This document shows, in pieces, positions 61,457 through 64,000 of a stretch of DNA of 64,000 bases. Numbering within the stretch: the first letter of the stretch is position 1; each line of letters begins with the position of its first letter. Source of the stretch: Cercozoa sp. M6MM (Eukaryota; Protista; Endomyxa: Ascetosporea); NCBI GenBank assembly GCA_040357565.1, contig JBDODJ010000014.1; one strand, written 5' to 3'. A program made the position numbers and the translations under genes. A model generated the notes under the pieces. That model was not told where the DNA came from. It saw only the letters and a list, made by a program, of their open reading frames with translations, and did no database searches.

Positions 61457-63381
61457 TCACGGCGGGCAGACGTTTGAGGCAGGGCACACCTGTCCGTCCG
61501 CGCAGACCTGACCAACCGCTTGGTCACATGCCTCGCCCTGCAGCGCCCCGCAGACAAGGGCATTAGCTGCTCCCGCAAGACCATTGTCGACACAGGCACC
61601 GCTGGCGCAGTCAGCGTTCATGGTACAAACCTGGAAGTTGACCAGCAGGCAGTGGCCCTTGTTCCAGCCTAACGGTGGACAGATAGTCAATTCCCGGAAA
61701 GTACGCGGCGACAAAAACAAGTCCAGGATGGATCAGGATACCAGGAGGAATGTGGCAGACGTGATTAAGTGGGCACTGCACATCAGCCACGCAGCGATCT
61801 CCGAGCCCAGCGATGCACGTGACGACACCGTTCGCATTGTTGCCGCAATTGCCGCTGATGCAATGCTCAAGACCGGCAGGAGCGCACGGACCGATGCCAT
61901 TGGGCTGCTTGCACACTTTGGAACCACCTGGGGTTTCCTCCAAGCACTCGTGTCCCGGCAGGCAGTCGCAGTGGCGGTCGCACGTAGAAGTAGGCAGGCC
62001 GGCAGCATTTGTAAACCCAATGGGAGGCACCAAGCAGGTGCCCACCACCGACAGGTCATCAAGCAGCGACTGGTCGGGCACTTGAGGCACCATGGTCACC
62101 TGTGCTCCCGTTCGCACCATAAAACACAACAGTCCACCGGCGCAGTCGTCGTCACACAGACACTTGCGGCCGACTGGCTGCAAAGTCGCTGCTGGATAGG
62201 AACAAGCACCGTCCACCGTGGCGAAACCTTGAGGGTTCAGGTCGCGGTTTCCCGTTCCCAAGGCAAAGGACGTGGTGACCTCAACACCGACTGCATTTAT
62301 ACAACATAGGTATAAGCGTCTTGGTATCATATGAGAGAAGTAGTGTATTCAGGTCAAGATACGACGGTGCTTGCCGTGCAGCTCGGGCAGCGCGCTGGCG
62401 ACGTGCGCGAGGCACGTGCCGTCTGCTTGACAGGCGAGATCAGGGTCAAACAGCGCGCATGTGTCATCAGGTGCCAACATGCAAGGTCCTCCTCTGCGCG
62501 TCGAGGCAAGGTGAAGAAGAGTCAAAACGAGGTAAAATTGGGAAACTTTAGGCAGTAGAGTATCATCTATATTGTCGTATAAACTTACAGGCCATTGTCG
62601 GGAGTGGGCGCGGCGTAGGGGAAGAGCGTCTTGGCCTCGGGCACGCTGATCTGCAGCTGCGGGACGCATTCGCTTCCCTGCAGTCAACCATCATAAGTCC
62701 TGCATATAACATCTGGTGTAAACTTACAGTACTGTAAATTTACCTCGGGGTTGCAGTGACCCAGCCAAAAGCGCGTCGAGCACAGCGGCGTGTCTCCGTT
62801 GCCAATCTATACTCCATGCAGTGTTCAGTTTAGTTGTCCTGGATGTAAGTTTATACTGACTGTGCATGAAGTGATTGTACCAGGCAAGGCTTGCCCTCGG
62901 GACACAGACAGTCGGCCTCGATCTGCATTGGGAAGTTAGAGTGGACAATTCAAGATCCCCGTTGGTACTGAAAACGGCGTAGGCTCTGTACCTTGCCAGA
63001 GTTGAAGACCACGGGAGTGCAGGCACGCACTCCAAAGAAGGCGTGCTGTTCACAGGTTTAGTGTGTTTATGTAAATTGCATTTGAGTGTCAGTTGAGACA
63101 TACAGAGTACTCGTACTGTACTGTACCTTCTTGCAGATGAAGGGCGCTCCCGCTAGCGTAGTGCGCAGCAGCACGGAGGAAGCCTCGGTGGTGGAAACGC
63201 ACCCGTTGTCCTTGTCGCACACACCCGAGCAGCACACGGAGGGATCCACGTGACCATGATCGTCTATGCACTTGCCGAAACGGATGCACGTCGGACGCAT
63301 GATGGACAGCGGCACCAGTTGATCGGCTTGCGCCGTTGGCACGAACGAGAGCGCAGTTGCTCCGATGCAGAGCAGTTTCAT
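61457..63381 (-). CDS. Secreted cysteine-rich protein, family copy C (8 exons)
   Basis: MKLLCIGATALSFVPTAQA-DQLVPLSIMRPTC. Same intron positions and Cys framework as copy A. Ends NVCPP*. Confidence 0.85.
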
Positions 63382-63653
63382 GCTTCAGTCCCCAAGCAAC
63401 GTTGTCGACGATGGAGCGATGGATCAATGGTAACCGGTCGTCACACTGCACTGTTTACCTTAATTAAATTTAGGCAGTAGGAGCGCTTACATGCGCAGCG
63501 TTTTTGCTCCTTGGATAAAAGCGAAAATTGACGATAATTTACTTCGACTCGCAACACAACTGTCGTCAGGAAATGATCGTTTTGGTCGCTATTCTCGACA
63601 ATACTAGTATGTGATGTCGGGTATTGCCGAACTGAACGCGCACGATGGGGCGT

Positions 63654-64000
63654 TCAGAACTGCACCAACATATCGCCAAAGTGGTGCGAGGTGCCTCCCG
63701 ATCGTCTGACTGCCGGTGCAGGGGGCTCGCCGTTGACGTTGTTGGGCTGCACGTTGATGTTGGCATTCGGGTTGGGACCCATGTTCATCCGTGAGTTGCA
63801 GGGCGCGCTGTAGTTTGCTTGAATCGAGTACTGTTGCTGTTGCTGCGGGTACTGTCGCGGCATGTCTTTATACCAAGCACGTTTCCCATATGCAACACCA
63901 CAGGGACTAGGAGGAGGGATGATACCTTCACCATCCGCAGCACTAGTGTGGTATGTGTACGTCACCGGATGCTGCAGTCCAGGCGGCATTGCCTGCGTGT
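63654..64000 (-). CDS. 3' end of a gene with a Q/N/P-rich low-complexity C-terminus (5' part outside the window)
   Basis: Open frame from the window edge to the stop at 63654. Confidence 0.45.
   Translation of the reverse strand, partial: TQAMPPGLQHPVTYTYHTSAADGEGIIPPPSPCGVAYGKRAWYKDMPRQYPQQQQQYSIQANYSAPCNSRMNMGPNPNANINVQPNNVNGEPPAPAVRRSGGTSHHFGDMLVQF

Noticed and set aside
1-64000. Prokaryotic operon, CRISPR array or defence system
   Set aside because: The genes are eukaryotic and split by spliceosomal introns. The repeats are simple tandem types without unique spacers.

Overview
This window is intron-dense nuclear DNA from a microbial eukaryote, not a prokaryotic locus. I found no rRNA, tRNA, CRISPR array or recognisable transposase. 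Most ORFs in the supplied track are exon/intron fragments. Splicing by hand through short (mostly ~50-150 nt) GT-AG introns gives about 22 tightly packed genes, often head-to-head. They include a FYVE-PI3/4-kinase, a PB1 protein, an organellar family-A (POP-type) DNA polymerase, a membrane-anchored PAF-acetylhydrolase-like hydrolase, Rae1, an SLC35B transporter, a subtilisin, RPS21, a SMARCAL1-like SNF2 ATPase, an RNase T2 (whose catalytic motifs are barely visible in the ORF track), a PA-domain membrane protein, a Tudor-OTU-UIM-UBA deubiquitinase, a ~14.5 kb PA200/PSME4 gene and several orphans. A POP-type polymerase suggests a non-opisthokont protist (inference). The most notable observations are: (1) three paralogs of an unrecognised secreted ~450-aa, ~10% Cys protein family; (2) introns written in distinct local short-motif 'dialects' that also leak into unconstrained exons; (3) 5' splice sites dominated by GTAC with little +5 G. 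All exon structures are manual reconstructions, and coordinates are approximate gene spans from start codon to stop.
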